Below are positions 37,601 to 50,133 of a stretch of 64,000 nt of DNA, piece by piece. The translations under genes were made by a program, and so were the position numbers. Under the pieces are notes generated by a model. It was not told where the DNA came from. It made no database searches and saw only the letters and a program-made list of their open reading frames with translations. Numbering within the stretch: position 1 is the first letter of the stretch; each line of letters begins with the position of its first letter. The stretch is from Pachysolen tannophilus NRRL Y-2460 (Eukaryota): assembly GCA_001661245.1 (NCBI GenBank), contig KV454011.1:1962041-2026040 (forward strand), read 5' to 3'.

Positions 37601-38930
37601 GAAACGGAATTTACCAAAATTAAAAATTGTTAAGGGCATACGTACTAATCTGTACAATCACAAAACAGACATTACAAGAAATGTAACTTTAAAGGACTTG
37701 AATAAACAAGAAATCAAACTGTTAGAAAAGCACGATATGAGATTAAAAAATTCATTGAAATTAAAATTAAGCGGATTAATGGATTTATTTCAGAAGAGAT
37801 ACAAACGCTTCAAAAAACCTACCATAGATGAAAACTTACTAGGATATTTATTTGATCCGCTGATAGTTCCGGTAGGTGTTGATTTACCATATAAAAAGGA
37901 CAATAATATGATATTGGAGGTTGCCACTGGTCATCATTTTTATAACATGGATTTAGATATAATTGAAGAAAGACTTTGGAATGGGTTTTACAATGAGCCA
38001 AAGCAATTTTTAAGAGATATAGAAATGATTTACAAAGATGCAATAACCTTAAATGATAGGGAGAGGTTGTTACGTGCAAGTGAAATGTTCGCAAATGCTC
38101 AGGTTGGAGTTGAAGAAATTGCTACAGCTGACTTTGTGAAGGAATGTAAATTGATGCATCTGAGAGAGATTGTAAGACAAAATATGTACCTAGAGGATCA
38201 AAGAAAAAAACAACAACAAAAACAACAAAATCATCCTCAAGAATCAGAATCCAAAGATGAAAATTCAAATATTGATCCCATTAGTATTTTGGAGAGAGAG
38301 GAGAGTTCCCCAATTTTATCTCAAAATGGTGATAAATTGGAAGTTAACGTTTCTTCTACATCTTTAAAGAAAGATGCTGAAAATAAGGAAGAGACCAATG
38401 AAGCTGTTTTATCAGATGAAAATCGTCAAGAACAGATACAACAGCAATTAATGCCGCCGCCTCACATTCCATCCTCAATGAATGGAGATGTCTTGAAAGA
38501 CCACTATATCGAAGATAAATCAAATCACCTCAATAGAGAAGATAAATCGAACGATCACAATGATAATAATAATCGTAATGGTAATCAGAAACATACCAAA
38601 CTCGTTACAAATAATTCTGATGCACCTGTTGTTTCGTCATCGGAAGAAGAAGAAGAGATTCCTTCAATTCCGCCTGATCTATTGAAAAAAGATTTATATA
38701 TTGATTCTGAAAAATTAGAGACCATCAAACGCAAATTGGTTCATTTATGTATACATAATGTGGTCAATATCGAGAATTTGGAGCAAATTAATTCTAAATT
38801 AATGGATATTATCTACGAAGATCGAAAGCTTTATGACAAACTGGTCACATTGGATAAGTTGGAAAGGTGTATTAATGAATTTGATACATTTTTTGCTAGC
38901 AGTTCATTAAGTGAAGATGAAGAAGAATAG
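34659..38930 (+). CDS. YTA7: AAA+ ATPase/bromodomain-like histone chaperone Yta7 (ATAD2 family)
   Basis: Acidic N-terminus, GPPGTGKT, FFMRKGADCLSKWVGEAERQLR, FFDEIDGLAPVRS, PALRRPGRFDREF, bromo-like NMDLDIIEERLWNGFY. Confidence 0.96.
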   Translation: MVYGRHYLNGNSSRSFKRRVVDDNGDEDDEEYSEQHDPEQDDDGDEIEDESNAGSDKELVSKGGGEDNEDVPDTAAVTPQKVKPKRINYNEDQMFDELLPDDDEDEEDEEEKEEQKKENIKVEDDYQDDYNEDDDEDEMKDSKGSRKNVTLNYKNRRGRKRRIDDDDDDDASFHSENEDEDEDDDDDNLSSTEVEAEERKKIKTFIASDDDDDDDDDEEGEGVTRRLRRNGRKRKEKNGRKRPKSASTSRGPLRRSRRLNNEADEDDDMVSNGRHRRTRRENRNDDDDEVDDDSEHLTLADELRDLKSFSPPHTPPHRKFNFRQRKEVNYQIPPPILNDVELEREFSAAATTASTATNNGSLFFSTATPKRGRKTGNSSVRNLLFPTVGPFGGSDVSSVFGENIPGLTAIAGNLSDSDSSDEDIIPFNNNNGNNVNNGIITNANNKKTLNTTGKVNTKSSLADSDPLGVDMNIDFSVVGGLDNYINQLKEMVVLPLLYPEVFSKFGITPPRGVLFHGPPGTGKTLMARALAASCSTENTKITFFMRKGADCLSKWVGEAERQLRLLFEEAKNQQPSIIFFDEIDGLAPVRSSKQEQIHASIVSTLLALMDGMDNRGQVIVIGATNRPDSVDPALRRPGRFDREFYFPLPDLKARTQILKIHTRNWKPLLDEAFLDELAHLTKGYGGADLRALCTEAALNSIQRQYPQIYQTKEKLKINPERIKIVSKDFMMALDKIIPSSSRSISSLSSPLPQHIAPLLEDKFLDIVKRLNELIPSLSSSNKKLTSLEQAMYVDMTESDPDGGFKRQKLIKSLSTIRTFKPRILISAQPGSGQIYIGSAILNYLEGFHVQSLDLSNLFNDSSRSIESAIIQMFIEAKRHKPSVIYIPNVDIWYNAIPDLSKSTLLSLLRSIQPHDKILLLGISDLDYRYLSKDLKDIFGLNNFIDLQIKLSQPKLEKFFDQLWIALHLKPFEYIDDFENRPKRNLPKLKIVKGIRTNLYNHKTDITRNVTLKDLNKQEIKLLEKHDMRLKNSLKLKLSGLMDLFQKRYKRFKKPTIDENLLGYLFDPLIVPVGVDLPYKKDNNMILEVATGHHFYNMDLDIIEERLWNGFYNEPKQFLRDIEMIYKDAITLNDRERLLRASEMFANAQVGVEEIATADFVKECKLMHLREIVRQNMYLEDQRKKQQQKQQNHPQESESKDENSNIDPISILEREESSPILSQNGDKLEVNVSSTSLKKDAENKEETNEAVLSDENRQEQIQQQLMPPPHIPSSMNGDVLKDHYIEDKSNHLNREDKSNDHNDNNNRNGNQKHTKLVTNNSDAPVVSSSEEEEEIPSIPPDLLKKDLYIDSEKLETIKRKLVHLCIHNVVNIENLEQINSKLMDIIYEDRKLYDKLVTLDKLERCINEFDTFFASSSLSEDEEE

Positions 38931-39074
38931 ATAGATAACTTAGTTTTCCAGTTTGAGGAATTTTAAGTGGATTTATATGCATAGATTTATTTTATTTTAT
39001 TTCATTCTATTCTTACATAAAAGAATATCCATCAATTAAACATATTAGTACTTTTTTGTAGAAAATCATTAATT

Positions 39075-42000
39075 CTAATTATTATCCAAAGCGTGATTCA
39101 ATTCAACTCTTACAACAGAAGATGTTTCCCTATCTCTGATAACTTTTAAATTATCAAATATTAAGCTCTTTAGCAGCAGAACGTCATTAATATTGGCATT
39201 GATATTGCTCAACATTTTTAGCAATTTATCATTGCATCTAATAAATTGAATACGACAATTTTCAATAGTGAAATCCAAATACTTGAACAACTGCATATAA
39301 CTTAATTTGAAAAGTTCTAAAATTTCGTCATGCAAGTCAATTTTGGTGGAAATAATAGTAAACTTTATGCACAACGATGACATATTTTTGCACGTCGAAA
39401 TATATGATCTCCAAGTTGGAACAATAAAATCAGTATTATATATTTTCAAAAATGAATTCAATGTCAACGACAATAGTTCATTAGAGTAGAAAAATTTTCC
39501 ATCATCTTCATGTATGTTAAAGGCAGAAACCAAACTCTCAACTAACGATAACCTTTCTTCCTCTCTTCTTAAATTTTTACGGGATGATTTGGTGTTTTCA
39601 TGATCACCCGTTTTTAATTTTTTGAATTCTTTAACGTTATAGTCGTCGTCATCACTCTCATTTTCATAATAGTTATCATCTAGGACTTCTGACATGGTTT
39701 TAACGTACTCTTCAATTATTTCGTTAAAAGAACCCACGTATTCACCCATAATCTTGATAACATGTTTCTTGTATTCTTTATTATTTCTTCCTGCTTCTGT
39801 TAGTATGACTTTGTTGATCTTTTCTAGCAAATCATCATCTTCTTCGTTGTCATAAACAAACTTCTTTGATTTAATAGCCAAAAAAACTAATGCTGCCAAA
39901 ACACTCTCTTTTCCCGCCCAAGTTCTACCTTTACAAGCATTTAATATGACTTTAAATAATTGATAAGTTACTTTAGAGCTCATACCGTTCAAACCCCCAT
40001 CAATATTCTCACAAGCATCAGCGATACTTTCAGCGCATACTTTCCTTATTAGATACTTTTGGGAATCAAGGTATTCATCAACCAACAGGCAAATTTCGCC
40101 AATATAGTAAGAAATAGCTCCCTTCCCAGAAACGTTATCAACCCACTCGTTTTCGAAAAAAGTTCGAACTGATTTATCTGGGTCATGTTTTGCTACAAAT
40201 ACGAATGGTAGAAATGCGGAACTGACAGAAGAAAATCTGTCACCACTATATTTCGAAATTGACTCACAAGTCATACCAGCAATCTGCCTTTCTCGGGTGT
40301 CATCAGATTCAAAATACATCGCTTTTAACTTCTTTGATAAGGAAACTACAGCATCTATTGATGCTATACGGCATAAATAACCAGCAGCAGAAGCATACGA
40401 AGAAGCAATAGTTTCATTTCTATCTTTAATTTCGTGAATACAAATTTTCAAAAGTTGGTCACCATGAGGCTTGACAACATACAAATGTCTGACAACTAAT
40501 GTGACTAAAACTCTACTTCCTGCAGCTTTGGAAGGTAAACCAATTGAATTACGAATACTAGACCGTAACACTGGTACGAGATCTTTCATTAAATCATCAT
40601 CAACCATATCTAGCAAGCTCTCAATAGCATCCATCATTGGAGAATGTCCAATACTTTGTAATCTTTTAGCATCTATTTCACTAGCCTTCAATTTATACTT
40701 GTCGGCATTTAATGTCAAGTAATTAATAATTTGTGGTTCTAGAGTTGACATTAACATAATTAATTGATCAATTAAATTTGGAATAAAAGGTCTAATAGCA
40801 ACCCCCGATTTTTTACATAAACTTAAAATAGTCTCTAAAGCAAAGTTTCGAACGTCTTCAACGTCACTCAATAGACCATTAGGACCCAATAAAGTTGGAA
40901 TTAACTTCGATAAAATATTACTTGCTTTCGTTAAAGAAGCACCAGATGCAAAATCAATACTTCTGATCAAAATAGTAGCCAAAGTTCTAGTTAGTTGATT
41001 ACCCTCTTTACGAACGCTGTCTTTAATATCATCAACAGATCTTAAACTCATATTCCAAATTTCCTCTAACCTGTTCTCATATTTCTCTAATGGAACGGTC
41101 TGTAGCAAATCAAGCAAAGCAACAGTTGACGCTTGTCTGACTCTCCATTCTTTATTACCCATTCCTGATAACAATTCATTCAAAATCAAGTCAAAATGAG
41201 CAGAAATAGTCTTAGAGGTATCAATAACCAAAGTGTTCCAAATGTCATTCATGGAATTTTGAACAGAAGTTGAGGGATCATACCTATATCTGTACAACTT
41301 TGGAATGAGCTTTTTGAATAGTTTATCATTTGTCATTAACAACTGATCGAGACTAGACTTCGATAAGATCGATCCTAATCCAAACACAACTCCTTTTCTT
41401 GAAGACCAAAGTGCAGAGTTCCTTGCTAGGGACATAAATTTGTAAACCAAACTAGGATCACCAACTTCAGATGCTAAATTCAAGATATCCTTATAACTTG
41501 AGACTGATCCATCTTCAGTTTTTAAAATTCCTGGTTCAAATAACTGAGTATCTTCAGAAACAGAACCTGATGTTAAAATCGCCAGGGACGTCGAATCTGT
41601 AAAAGATTTTAATAAGCCACGTACCAAAGTATGCTTCAAATCAGTGTCGCCCATTTCAAAAATCATACTTAGGCCTCTAGAAGCTGATTCTTGTATTATT
41701 TCATCCCTATCAGCTAAAAATCTCATGAATGCGAGATGCATCTCCGCCGCGACATCTTTTACTGGCTTCAAATGACCACAGTATTGTACCAAAGACAAAA
41801 GCCAAATGCAACCCGCCCTACGTAATGATGGTTTCGTATTTGAACAAGCATTTAAAATTTTTTCAATTAAAAAGCTTAAACGACTAAAATTTTTGATTAG
41901 CCTTATTTTCAATGGACCCTGTATATCAATTGATCTGTTTAGAACTTTTGAGTTCCATCCAGAAGCAACTATTGTAATCGCTTCGCCACTTGTGAACAAA

Positions 42001-44774
42001 TATTCAATTTGTTTAGAAACGTGAGTGTCATAAACGGATTTTTCAAAATCACTAAATCCCATTTCGTCAAATTCAGAATTTTCTGGATCCTCCACAGTTA
42101 GTGACAAATGTGCCCAAGTTATTGTGGCCTTCTCGTTACACTTTTTAACTTTCGGTCTGATCTCTTCAATGAACTTCAGTCTATAGCTTTGAACACTATC
42201 AGTTAGCACCACTTCAGGACCTAATGCACCAAAAATTGCTAACTGAGATATTGCCTCCATAGAAAAATTGATCACTCTAGTATTGGACGATTTCAAACCA
42301 TTCAAAATCTCTTCCAAAAGATTTTCATAAATTGTCTGTGATAATACTGAACAACGACCCCTTAGACACAATCTTGAAATTAAGTACCCCAACGCTAAAG
42401 TTTTGACTTCCATATCCATTGAAGCGCCATTTATATCATCAATTAATTTTAGAATAGAATCAACCGAGTTTTCTTCATGACTTGCAATTATACCTATAGC
42501 TTGTGAGATATAACGAATCAAACTTTCCGACACCGAAGTAGAACTATCTTTTAATAGTTTGAATAAGTTCGAAATTGCAGGAATCAATTTGAAAACAGTT
42601 GCAGAGCTAGACAATGACAAAATTCTATTAAAAGTTTTGCCAAATAATACCTTGGGGTCATTTTTGTTAATAGAATTACCAATAAATTCGTTCAATATAA
42701 TCTGTAAGAACGAATCCAAGGAGTTCCTAATAATATTGTTTTCAAAATCTAGTTCCACATTCTCTTCCTCGACCTTCAACGATAATTTTGTTAATTTTTC
42801 AGTTACTAACTTAAGCACATTCTCGTCATATTCCAATGACTTTTCTAGTCTGACATCCCACTCTCTATCCGTTATCACAACTGTTTGCTTGCCTTCAATG
42901 GATTCCATTACGAGCGTTTGAAGTGTAAATTTGATGGCATTTGTCATCGCAAAGCGTAAACTTGATTTTTTACCATTTTTAGAAGAATCAACAACTTTTG
43001 ATAAACTTGACACCATATTGGCAAATTTTGGAAATTTGACATTTCTGTTATATCCCAACAAATCAGCTGTCGGTTTAAATTCATTTGAATTTGATGACTG
43101 CAAAATACTGAACCAATATGGATGCAACCCTTTTAAAGCTTCTTCTATGACGTTTGTTCTGTTATTCAACGACGTACCCAAAATACACATTATTCTTGCA
43201 TCAGGATCTTCAAAGGAAAAGCAGCAGTTGACGTACTTGATTGCTATATAACGGCAACTATACAAACCTTCAATTGCATGCTTCAGACTAGTGGCTTCGG
43301 ATCTTTTACACTCATCGATGGTTTCATCGTTAATAAGTAGAGAGTATAACAATTCTTTCAATGCCAATTTATCTTTATGAGATAGATTAGGTAGATGAAC
43401 TGTTAATCCAGATAATGCATCCTGGATGCTTGACCTCAATTCAGGTAAATCTGTTCTTAAAGAATCAAATAAAAACTCAATATAATTCAAGTTATCTAAT
43501 AATTTCGAATTCTTTTTCAAAATCACTCCCAATGCTTGATATTGAGAAGTTCTTTGTTTAACATAAGCAGCATAGTTCCTTGTATTTGAGTTGCTTTCTG
43601 ACCAGGAATCCGTAAGTAAATCATTTTTTAATTGTGCTGCAATTGTAACATTAAAAGAAGACGATTCGTTATCAGCGACATCCGTGCTAATTTCATTCGA
43701 AGAAACATTTTGTGTCACCCACTGAATAAATTGTATCGCTGCCTGTTTTAATTTAAGATAATCAGAGTTTAGCCCAAGTGATGATATTTTGGAAATATAT
43801 GCAGATTTAGTAGCAAACCTACTACGTAGTAAAATATTGCTTATAATTTTTTCTTGTAATGTTGATTTTACTGGTTTCACTCCTAAAGGCTGATTTCCAA
43901 CAATCATCAAGATTAATTTCTCTATTGATAGCCCATCTTCATAATCAATTGTCAATTTTTTCAAAAGAGAATTAGCCTGATCAGAAACAGACGATGATGA
44001 ATCTGTGCTTGCAACCAATAATGGAATTAACAAATATTTATCATCAAAACCGGTGGAAATAAACTTCAAAATGGCTAATTTATAATTTGTCAAATGTGTT
44101 GAATTAAATGAAACACCAGCTTGTGTTGTTAGGAACTTGCAGTCGCTATTACTTAAGCCAGGACAAGAATAATTTTCGGATATAGTATTTGTCCCATTGG
44201 TATTAACAACTGGCACAAACAAGAAAAGTTTTGTAAAACAAGTGCATATAAACTGTTCATCTTTTGGAAACTTGTCAAATTGCAAAAAATCAACTCGAAT
44301 ATCATTTGCCTCTTTTGTAGCCCTCAGCGGTTGTTTATAATTTAAAATCAATTTGCACAATATGTGGAAACATCTTGAAGCTATACTGGGCTGTAAATCT
44401 GAAATACCATGGATGACTTCTGGTATTAATTTTTTCTGTTCCTCTTGACTTAGTCTATCAATTCCTTTTGAAACAAAAAGCAGACTATATAATTGAACTG
44501 AAGTTGGATCCAAACCATCAGCCACTTTTGGCGATTTTACTTGTTTCAACAAAGCGTCAATTGGTAATTTAATCGAAGTGGCGGCGTTTATTCTAGTTAT
44601 CAAATGCTGCACAGATTTCAATATAGTGGTTCTAACTTCTGAATTGGGTGAGGCCAACTTCAATAATAATGGAGCCAAATACAATTTAAGTGAAGATTCA
44701 AATTTCTCATCAGTATCCGCCAATGCAATACGAAGCTCAACTTTATTCACCAACGCCAATTCAGCATCTGTCAT
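39075..44774 (-). CDS. ECM29: Proteasome-associated HEAT-repeat protein Ecm29
   Basis: ELALVNKVELRIALAD...YLAPLLLKLASP, PSLVYKFMSLA...LWSSRKG, LIPKLYRYRYDP, KEWRVRQAS. First ATG at 44774. Confidence 0.95.
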   Translation of the reverse strand: MTDAELALVNKVELRIALADTDEKFESSLKLYLAPLLLKLASPNSEVRTTILKSVQHLITRINAATSIKLPIDALLKQVKSPKVADGLDPTSVQLYSLLFVSKGIDRLSQEEQKKLIPEVIHGISDLQPSIASRCFHILCKLILNYKQPLRATKEANDIRVDFLQFDKFPKDEQFICTCFTKLFLFVPVVNTNGTNTISENYSCPGLSNSDCKFLTTQAGVSFNSTHLTNYKLAILKFISTGFDDKYLLIPLLVASTDSSSSVSDQANSLLKKLTIDYEDGLSIEKLILMIVGNQPLGVKPVKSTLQEKIISNILLRSRFATKSAYISKISSLGLNSDYLKLKQAAIQFIQWVTQNVSSNEISTDVADNESSSFNVTIAAQLKNDLLTDSWSESNSNTRNYAAYVKQRTSQYQALGVILKKNSKLLDNLNYIEFLFDSLRTDLPELRSSIQDALSGLTVHLPNLSHKDKLALKELLYSLLINDETIDECKRSEATSLKHAIEGLYSCRYIAIKYVNCCFSFEDPDARIMCILGTSLNNRTNVIEEALKGLHPYWFSILQSSNSNEFKPTADLLGYNRNVKFPKFANMVSSLSKVVDSSKNGKKSSLRFAMTNAIKFTLQTLVMESIEGKQTVVITDREWDVRLEKSLEYDENVLKLVTEKLTKLSLKVEEENVELDFENNIIRNSLDSFLQIILNEFIGNSINKNDPKVLFGKTFNRILSLSSSATVFKLIPAISNLFKLLKDSSTSVSESLIRYISQAIGIIASHEENSVDSILKLIDDINGASMDMEVKTLALGYLISRLCLRGRCSVLSQTIYENLLEEILNGLKSSNTRVINFSMEAISQLAIFGALGPEVVLTDSVQSYRLKFIEEIRPKVKKCNEKATITWAHLSLTVEDPENSEFDEMGFSDFEKSVYDTHVSKQIEYLFTSGEAITIVASGWNSKVLNRSIDIQGPLKIRLIKNFSRLSFLIEKILNACSNTKPSLRRAGCIWLLSLVQYCGHLKPVKDVAAEMHLAFMRFLADRDEIIQESASRGLSMIFEMGDTDLKHTLVRGLLKSFTDSTSLAILTSGSVSEDTQLFEPGILKTEDGSVSSYKDILNLASEVGDPSLVYKFMSLARNSALWSSRKGVVFGLGSILSKSSLDQLLMTNDKLFKKLIPKLYRYRYDPSTSVQNSMNDIWNTLVIDTSKTISAHFDLILNELLSGMGNKEWRVRQASTVALLDLLQTVPLEKYENRLEEIWNMSLRSVDDIKDSVRKEGNQLTRTLATILIRSIDFASGASLTKASNILSKLIPTLLGPNGLLSDVEDVRNFALETILSLCKKSGVAIRPFIPNLIDQLIMLMSTLEPQIINYLTLNADKYKLKASEIDAKRLQSIGHSPMMDAIESLLDMVDDDLMKDLVPVLRSSIRNSIGLPSKAAGSRVLVTLVVRHLYVVKPHGDQLLKICIHEIKDRNETIASSYASAAGYLCRIASIDAVVSLSKKLKAMYFESDDTRERQIAGMTCESISKYSGDRFSSVSSAFLPFVFVAKHDPDKSVRTFFENEWVDNVSGKGAISYYIGEICLLVDEYLDSQKYLIRKVCAESIADACENIDGGLNGMSSKVTYQLFKVILNACKGRTWAGKESVLAALVFLAIKSKKFVYDNEEDDDLLEKINKVILTEAGRNNKEYKKHVIKIMGEYVGSFNEIIEEYVKTMSEVLDDNYYENESDDDDYNVKEFKKLKTGDHENTKSSRKNLRREEERLSLVESLVSAFNIHEDDGKFFYSNELLSLTLNSFLKIYNTDFIVPTWRSYISTCKNMSSLCIKFTIISTKIDLHDEILELFKLSYMQLFKYLDFTIENCRIQFIRCNDKLLKMLSNINANINDVLLLKSLIFDNLKVIRDRETSSVVRVELNHALDNN

Positions 44775-45264
44775 TATCTTTCCCAAAATTTCAATTATAA
44801 TCTGTACGTCTCGCAACAAATAACCAACAGCTAAGAATTGGTAATATGATCTTTGAAGTCAGACCTGATATCATTCAAAGTTAGCTGTCTCTTCTTATAT
44901 AGTGATAATCGGGGGCAAAAAGGTAAGCAGCGACAGATGCAGATCTAGTGAGTACACTTTGATCTTCTAAATCAAAGTAAAATTCTTTACACGACCATTT
45001 TTTCTGATATCACCAACTCCATTTGTTGCTGCATTTATTGGCATCAATCCGCTATGAACTACATGAGGATGAGTTATGTTTTTACTACAGATTATCATTT
45101 AGAAATCAATTCTCATTTTAGAAGAAAAAAAAATTACACAAAAAAAATACCTTCACCTTTTAACTACTTAAAAGTAAATCTGAAACCATCCAAAAACTTT
45201 CATTAAAACACGTCTGCTCTATTTAAGGAAAACATAAAACATAATTTGTCCTTCAATATAAAAT

Positions 45265-46470
<1,206 letters not shown>

Positions 46471-46563
46471 TTAATAATTAATATTAAAATCTATTAAACT
46501 AATATAATAGCGGTTAGATAATTATTTTACAAATACCATTTTACTTATATAGTCAGCTCATTT

Positions 46564-46572
46564 GGTGGCAAA
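46564..46572 (+). promoter_or_regulatory. PACE (Rpn4 site) GGTGGCAAA in the UBI4 promoter
   Basis: Exact consensus about 155 bp upstream of the UBI4 ATG. A Reb1-type CGGGTAA lies at 46621..46627. Confidence 0.7.
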
Positions 46573-46876
46573 ATGAGGAATAAAAAAGAAATTCTGTGCG
46601 CAATCAGGCAACTACCGAATCGGGTAATGATAACAAGGTAAAGTACAAAACAAAAACAAAAAAAGAAATCAAAAAAACCTCAGTTACCCTATACGGAAGT
46701 CATAGTTTTATTTTTCTTCCTAATCCTTGAAGGTCCTTCCTAATCAAGTAAGTACTACAAAACAAAGAGCAAACTTAGATTTCCTAATATAGTAATTACT
46801 TAATTAAATGCTTCTTTTTGGTTCTATATAGTTCATTAAGTAGAAACCGTATATAATATGCTCTTTTCTCTAGTCT

Positions 46877-47797
46877 CTATACCATTCCTTTGAATGGGTT
46901 TCTATCATCTAAGATTCTCCTCGTTCTATTCCCACTGGAGAGATTAGTTTTTGTGATGGTATATGGTTTTTTAAATGCTATTTCGTTACCATCTTCTTCA
47001 ATTTCAACTTCTTCAGTTAATGTTGTTAAATTTTCCCTTTTTGTTTCAGTACTTGTTGGAAGGCTATGACTATTACTATTCAATTCAAAGCTTTGATCCT
47101 TATTATTCTTATAATATTTTAATCTGTTTAAGTCCAAACTCTTACTTGCAATTTTATTACTGGAAAGATTTGGTAATACAATTTCTTCATTAATATTTTC
47201 ATTATAATTATTACTCGCACTATCCAAGGAATAACGTAGACTTTGGAAACTCTTCTTATTGATTCCATCTTCATCATCATTACTATTACTTTTCTCAACT
47301 TTTAAACCTGGAATAGCCATTGTTGATCTTAATTTATGAAAATTTTCTCTTTTTTCTGATAATTTTGCTTCATCAGTTAATAATATTAAAAGATATTTGG
47401 CTCTATTTTTAATATTCTGATAATTTTGATCATTCTTGGTGTTAAGATTGGCCCTTATCCCTGTCAATATCTTGTCGAAAAAATATATATTTTCTTGATA
47501 ATACCTTGCAAACTCAATGGAACCAACTTGTACACAAAATTGAATAACCGTTAAAGTCTTTAATATCCTCCTGTAATTTCTATTCGAATCACCATCACTA
47601 TTTATTAGACTCAACCGCTTATTCAAAGCCTTGATAATCTCATTCAATTTGTTGTTTTGAAAAGTTAATTTAGCAATTTCATTTAAATCCTTCCCGCTTG
47701 GCCCCCAAGAATCATTATTCGTTATATTTCTAACCTTATTCTCTACCTGTGAACTTGATATCTTTTGAAATGACTTCAAAAATCGATTCTCTGTCAT
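46877..47797 (-). CDS. ENT4: ENTH-domain protein, Ent4-like
   Basis: KVRNITNNDSWGPSG...YRRILKTLTVIQFCVQVGS ENTH motifs and a C-terminal NPF. Sits between UBI4 and PRP19 as in S. cerevisiae. Confidence 0.75.
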   Translation of the reverse strand: MTENRFLKSFQKISSSQVENKVRNITNNDSWGPSGKDLNEIAKLTFQNNKLNEIIKALNKRLSLINSDGDSNRNYRRILKTLTVIQFCVQVGSIEFARYYQENIYFFDKILTGIRANLNTKNDQNYQNIKNRAKYLLILLTDEAKLSEKRENFHKLRSTMAIPGLKVEKSNSNDDEDGINKKSFQSLRYSLDSASNNYNENINEEIVLPNLSSNKIASKSLDLNRLKYYKNNKDQSFELNSNSHSLPTSTETKRENLTTLTEEVEIEEDGNEIAFKKPYTITKTNLSSGNRTRRILDDRNPFKGMV

Positions 47798-48250
47798 TTA
47801 TTCAATCTGCTGATATAGTATTTTTCAAAATAATAAAAGAAAAAAAAAGGGTTTGTAAAGTTGTTTCAAAGTATTGCTATCCTTTATATTTATTTATTTA
47901 TATATATATATTTTTTTGATTTGTGCTTTTTTTTTTTTTTTTACCTGAGTAAATCAATCTCCTTTCTTATTAATTGATTTAGACTAGTTCTAATATTATT
48001 CTAAATTATTGATCTAATTGATCTCTATATGAATTTTAGTAACGATTTAACACATAAATAGATTGATTAATTTATGAATTAGTTTGATAAATTGAAAAAT
48101 TAGTTAGTCCATCTATTACTACTTGTATTAGATTAGAATCCTATAAAATACACAGTAAAAAAAAAAAAAAAAAATAAACAGTAGAAAAGACAAGAGTATA
48201 TATAGTACAAAGAATTTACGTTTTATTAAGCTTTGTGTTTTACTCCTTTC

Positions 48251-49906
48251 TTACTTTTCAGCGACAAATTCCAACTTATGGAGCTTATTACTATGGTCAA
48301 TGGCTACCAATTGATTTATACCATTTTCTTGTTGGAAAAAAATATCAACAATGTAATCTTCAATTTTCACAATATCTTGTTCAATTAACTTCCAAGTTTT
48401 TGTTTTTTTGAAATATCTTAAATATTGTAAACCATGATCGTCTGCCTCGTTGTATCTGAGTACAATTAATTGTGATGATTTATCAATCTTAACTAATGAT
48501 GTGTCCTTAAAATCCAAGCTCAGCACTATATTATAAGGTGCAGATTTTCTTAAATTATAAACAATTAATTTTTGGTTTGAATTTTGGGAATTAACACTTG
48601 CTAATAACCAGTACCCATTATGTGCAAATTTTAAATTGATCACTTCATCAAGTTCTGTGTTAAACTCAGAAACCACCAATCCTTTTGATAATTCGTAAAG
48701 TAAAATTTTACCATTTTCAAGACCTAAAGAAAGTAAATTTCCATCCATATGTAAATCAAAGGAAGATATTTGTGACTCCAATTGTTCTGATTGAAACAAT
48801 AAGTCCCATTGATAATAGATTGAATAATTATAATCATTTATAGCAATGAAAAATTTTGGAATCAATGGATGAACTAATAACCCGGTCAATGAGTTTTTGA
48901 TGTTAATAGTCTGATGATCACCTATCTTCACCACACCATTAGAAAACGCCAATATTGGCTTATAGCCTTCTTCCTCTTCATCTTTAATCCAGTTCAATGA
49001 GACTAAATTACCATCACCAACGGTTTTCTTGGTAAATGAATATTTGTTAATAATTGTATTTTTCTCAGAATCGTACTCTATGCAATTATGGTTTTTTTCA
49101 AAAGTTATTAAAAAAATTTCATTATTCATTGGATTCTGAGAAACATGAGAAATCTTTGAATTTTTACAACCTGGTGTTTTCAGTAATAACTGCAGTAATT
49201 GAGTTTCTTGATTTTCATTAAGAGTTATTAATTTTAAATTCGTTTCTGAAGTTATATTTGAAACAAATTTATTCTCTTGATGTCTTTTAAACAAAATCCC
49301 TTGTGCATCTAGTATTAATTGTGAGATTTCCAGAGAAATTTGAGTATTATCAGTAGCCATAATTTCTTCTTCTTTTACAACATCAGAACCAGCCTCTTCC
49401 AAATGATTGTTAATCTCTCCCTTAGCCATAGAACCAACCAATTCTTCCAACGCTCTCTTGGCCTCATCTCTTTCCTTCACTGCCTTCGCTGCAACCCTAA
49501 CTGCCGCATCATGATGATATAATGCTATACTTAGTTCCTGTCTCGATTCTTTCAATTGTTTTCTTAATTGGAAAATTTCTAACGCTACTGCATCCCATTC
49601 ATCCTGTAAAGAAGATAACAAACTTGGAATTGAAGTATCACTAACAGAGCTCCCCAAAACCTCATTCTGTAAATTCACTTCAACCAAATCATCTAACGAC
49701 AAAGGTTGATCATTAATCGGATCTTTACCATGAGAATTAATATAACTAGTAATCAATTTTTTATCATAAATTGTCCCACTCTTAATTGAAACCACTGGCG
49801 AATTCGTCGGCTTTCCAGAAACTATATTCCCATAATTAAATTGTTAGTAACTCAAATTATATCAATACAAATATAAACTAGGCATCTACTCACTTGAACA
49901 GTTCAT
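48251..49906 (-). CDS. PRP19: Splicing factor Prp19 (U-box, coiled coil, WD40); join(49906..49894,49821..48251)
   Basis: Spliced N-terminus MNCSISGKPTNSPVVSIKSGTIYDK...GKDPI, then SIPSLLSSLQDEWDA...RQELSIALYHHDAAVRV, then WD repeats. Confidence 0.93.
49822..49893 (-). other. 72-nt intron in PRP19
   Basis: GTGAGT donor at 49893, TACTAAC at 49849..49843, TAG ending 49822. Splicing supplies the missing ATG and the U-box start. Confidence 0.92.
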
Positions 49907-50133
49907 CTTTTTTAATGAATTGATTGATTCAACTCTTCTTCTTGTATTCGTTAAATGTAACTTAAAAATTTTTATATGAAAAAAAAAAAAAAGACAAAAG
50001 AAAAATTACTTCGCATAATAGAGAGAAAATCTGAAATTCCAATTTTTAAGAAAAGCAAAGTAATTTTATAATTTAACAAAGGAAAAAGAGTATTGTTTGC
50101 ATTGGCGGTATAGTTAGAGCTTAGGTTTGAGAT

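Noticed and set aside
8160..38930. Apparent chromosome-segregation cluster (PSH1, DYN1, MCD1, YTA7)
   Set aside because: The genes are interspersed with unrelated ones over 30 kb and I found no shared motif; consistent with chance.
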